Shown here: positions 60,565-64,000 of the stretch, piece by piece
Layout of the letters: every line of letters starts with the position of its first letter
Numbering within the stretch: the first letter of the stretch is position 1
Source of the DNA: Mayamaea pseudoterrestris
Lineage: Eukaryota
Length of the DNA: 64,000 bases
Direction of reading: 5' to 3'
Assembly: GCA_027923505.1 (NCBI GenBank)
Contig: BROI01000016.1
Coordinates: forward strand, 62,001-126,000
Notes under the pieces: model-generated
What the model was told of the DNA's origin: nothing
Database searches by the model: none
The model's input: only the letters and a program-made list of their open reading frames with translations
Position numbers and translations under genes: made by a program

Positions 60565-63500
60565 TTACGGCACGACGACTTGCTCAATGATGCTCACGAC
60601 TTCCGGTTCCTGCCAGACTGGAACAACACTGGTGCAGTCTGCAGTCACTGTCAAGCTCCCAATACCAATCAACGAGTTGCGAATACCAATTGGCAGTCGA
60701 CCCGTGTCCTTGTAGAACTCTGGCGGCACAGTCAGCAATACCAAGTCTGTTCTGGCACCGTCACTTACAATGTCGACGCTCACGCCACCTGTCGACTTGA
60801 AACTTTTGCCGTCGTGTTCTTCGCAGTCAAAGACACCCAGATCCACCATGACGGAACCAACAAGCAGCGTTACATTGGCAGCTTCGCTGCAATCAATCTC
60901 GTAAACCTCCAAACCGATGCGGATGCTGTTGGCCGTCGCTGGGACTCGATAAGTCTTGGACGTACCAGCATTTAATTCCAAAAATGAACCGACAGCCTTA
61001 ATGCTACTTATGTCGCTAAAGACCCATGAGTCAGTGTCGTTGAAATTGCTGTTGAAAACGTCCGTCGCGACAGCGAAATTGGCGGAGCCGTCGCACATTG
61101 GTTCCGATGCTAACGGCAATGGACACTGCGGACCCTCGAGGCTGCATGGCAAGGTGATGGAATGCACGTAGCTGTTGGATGTGACGATGCCAGCGGCACT
61201 GCAAAGCTTGGTGATGGAACTGCCGATTGCCGTCACACCAATGGACGGATCGTTGGCGTAGAGCTTGACAACTGCAATACCTTCCGTGCACTTTGCTTCA
61301 TACACGCCAAACTCGCCGGGGAACACTTCTGTCGTCGAGTCGCAATGCGGTGCACCGTCCAATCCCATGTAGTGAACTGCAACCTTGTCAATCGTATCCG
61401 ACGACCAGACCTGCGACATGGCGAACTGGACCGATGTGTCGTTGAACGAGACGATGCGGATTGGCTTGTAAGTAAAGTCGAACCGGCGGTCGTTGGAAAC
61501 AATACTGATGTCAGGGATGCAGTCGTTTGGGTTGCCAGCGTTGAAGCAACGGAACAACTCGGTGAAATTTTCCATTCCTTGCATAGCAATCCATTCGGGC
61601 GACGCTAACAGGGGATTGCCTTGTGCCTCACATTCGCGGTAAGCGATTGTGTTGAGAATGTCTTGCGGAGGAAGTCCTTGAGCTGACAAGCTTGCCCACA
61701 TGAGCTGTGTGGTGATGTTGCTAAACGGAGGGACATCTTCGGAAATACCAAGGGTGTTGCTCGCTTCAGCAACGGTGATGTTTCCACTGCTGCCATCGCT
61801 GCCAACTTCTTCCAGTCGGCGCGAACAGATAACTTCATCGACCGGTCCACTCGCACGTTTGATCCAGGTCTGATTGTTCTTGGCGACATACGAGGGATCG
61901 GTGCTAGCCAGAAGGCGTCCCAAGGAGTCATTTATGTACGAGACCTGCACCGTGTCCCCCATCGAGTGGTGAACGTCTCTCGGAGTTGGCCACTCACCGT
62001 TTCGCAGAAAGAAGCTTGGGTATGTGCCTGCTTCATTAAAAGGAAGTGGCGTGTCAAGGGTAATGTCGCGCCCTTCTGAGTAGCAATTCTCAGAGATAAC
62101 GTCTTTCGCAGTGCGATCTTGGTTGTAGTAATCCTGATAAAGTGCCCAAATCCTGTCAACGTTTGCTACGAATGATTAAACACACGGTAAGTTATTCACT
62201 AAATGTGCGCGCAAGCAACATGATGGCTCAAAACGTACCATGATGTAGATAAAAGAGAGGGTCGTCTGCAAGTGCAAGGGAGGCGATACATCAGAGGCCA
62301 TCATTGCAAGAGCAACTGTTTTGTCAAAAGACACGTACCTGGAGAAGACATATAGGCCATGTTTCCATTGATGAAGTTATGCACTGAAAAAATGGAAGGT
62401 TTGTGAGGTGAAACTATATACGAATAGGCCACCTGCGGTTGTGCTAGACTTACCTTGACCATGAGGCGTGCCTTGTAAATTATTACTGAAACCCGACAAT
62501 CCTCCTGCGAATGTTGAACGAGAGATCAATGAGATTCGCTTCTCGACTATTTTTAGCTTCAACAAAAGCGACTCACCTCCGAAGTTTGGATAGTTCATGA
62601 TCAGTCGGACGAGTTGATCCTCGGAATAGAATTTGTTCACATATGATTTCTCAAAGCCGCTGCGCAAACAACAATAAAAAGGAGAGCTTAGTATTTTCCA
62701 AGCACGGTGCTAATTACAGCCCATGCTTTTGCTTACCGTCGGAGGCAGCCACCTCCCGCTCGAGTCGTCTGCTTCCAAAAACCACTAAAGCTGCTAATAC
62801 CTTCTGTCACACACCCATTTCCGTCGATTCCGTTAGATGATCCAAACGTTTCTGCTTTAAGGACAGTTGCCTGAAGCTCTCTGCCCTTGTCTTTGGACCA
62901 GTCCCAGTAAGGAACGGTTAAGCATGTGCCAGATACGGTTTGCAGAGCCTTCTCATATTTCCAAAGGTACCATCGATGCCACGGCAAGAACGGTCCATCA
63001 TTAGAACCATGCGCCACTTTATTTAATGTAGATGCATGGATTTTTGCAAAGGTAGCATAATTTGGAATCTTATACGTATTCGTGGCTGGCAGCTTGTACA
63101 GCAACTCGACAGCGCGCAGGTAAGCAGCCTGGTCAGCGCAGCTTGTATCATGCCAGGCTCGTCGAACTGACGGTCCACAATTCGCGGCAGAAAATGTAGG
63201 AGCTTTCGTAGGTGCTTTTACGGGTGTTTTCACTGGCGACCTCGTAGGAGGCTTTGTTGGAGACAATAATCGGAATGGTGAGCGAGTGAACATCACAATA
63301 ATCCAAAGACAATGATCCGTTTGGTCGGCCATACCTTTGTGGGTGTGTTAGTAGGTGACTGTGGAGCGAAAAAAGACGGTTAACAACAGGTGAACAAAGC
63401 ACAGTGGTTGGCGAGTGTTACGAAGTGCATCAATCCTACCTTAGTGGGCTTTTTTGTTGGAGCTGCAGTTGGGGCCTTCGTCGGTGCTTTACTAGGCTTT

Positions 63501-64000
63501 TTCGTTGGAGCCGCAGTCGGGGCCTTCGTCGGTGCTTTACTTGGCTTTTTCGTTGGAGCTGCAGTTGGGGCCTTCGTCGGTGCTTTACTAGGCTTTTTCG
63601 TTGGAGCCGCAGTTGGGGCCTTCGTCGGTGCTTTACTAGGCTTTTTCGTTGGAGCCGCAGTCGGGGCCTTTGTCGGTGCTTTGCTTGGCTGTTTCGTTGG
63701 AGCCGCAGTCGGGGCCTTTGTCGGTGCTTTGCTTGGCTGTTTCGTTGGAGCTGCAGTCGGGGCCTTCGTCGGTGCTTTGCTTGGCTGTTTCGTTGGAGCT
63801 GCAGTCGGCGACGCAGTTGGTCCAACAGAAGGCGTCTCTGTTGGCTGGCTCGTCGGCTTAGCTGTGGGTAGAGATGTTGGCGTAGAAGTGAATGGCGCTG
63901 CTGACGGTGCGTCCGCGGGAGAACCAATAGCAAAGTCAAATTCCGGGGCGAAATCGATTCCGCGGAAGAAGTTTGACGTCGGCGAACTAGTAGTAGGAGC
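60565..64000 (-). CDS. Tyrosinase (type-3 copper) protein with mucin-like Pro/Thr stalk and long C-terminal extension; multi-exon, 5' end outside window
   Basis: CuA region AHGSNDGPFLPWHRWYL, plus PYWDW. The CuB region reassembles by splicing: GTPHGQ|VHNFINGNMAYMSSP|DDPLFYLHH|ANVDRIW. The last exon continues in frame into ORF 60565-61962. Confidence 0.88.
63440..63810 (-). repeat. 48-bp coding tandem repeat (APTKAPTAAPTK(Q/K)PSK)n in the tyrosinase stalk
   Basis: GGGGCCTTYGTCGGTGCTTT...TTCGTTGGAGCYGCAGT recurs every 48 bp, ~7 copies. Confidence 0.9.

Noticed and set aside
63404..63939. Arg-rich repetitive ORFs in the ORF track
   Set aside because: Alternative frames of the 48-bp Pro/Thr/Lys coding repeat of the tyrosinase gene.

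Overview
Eukaryotic nuclear DNA, most likely from a pennate diatom. The evidence is GT-AG introns, signal peptides followed by Phe, a diatom-type copia element, a plastid-type ferritin and a SET/aminopropyltransferase/AdoMetDC fusion. The window has three zones. (1) 1-16 kb is a compact housekeeping block: CK2alpha-like kinase, GNAT, CCT-alpha, PEX1, parvulin and ABC-F. (2) ~16.3-32.6 kb is a ~16 kb gene-free compound satellite island. Its five repeat types have periods of 169, 180-181, 172+180, 343-352 and 501-507 bp, are nested inside one another, and are partly derived from one another. (3) 32.8-64 kb is an accessory zone. It holds a putative long-chain polyamine synthase, an FTR1-like iron permease, ferritin, four tandem paralogs with H1-like tails and tandem winged-helix-like domains, minisatellites and a multi-exon tyrosinase. 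It also holds a young copia LTR element nested in a TIR element. The most striking observation is that the copia has no tRNA primer site. Instead its PBS position is a perfect 15-nt complement of a sequence inside its own LTR, the Tf1-like self-priming architecture. All calls are by eye; no searches were run.
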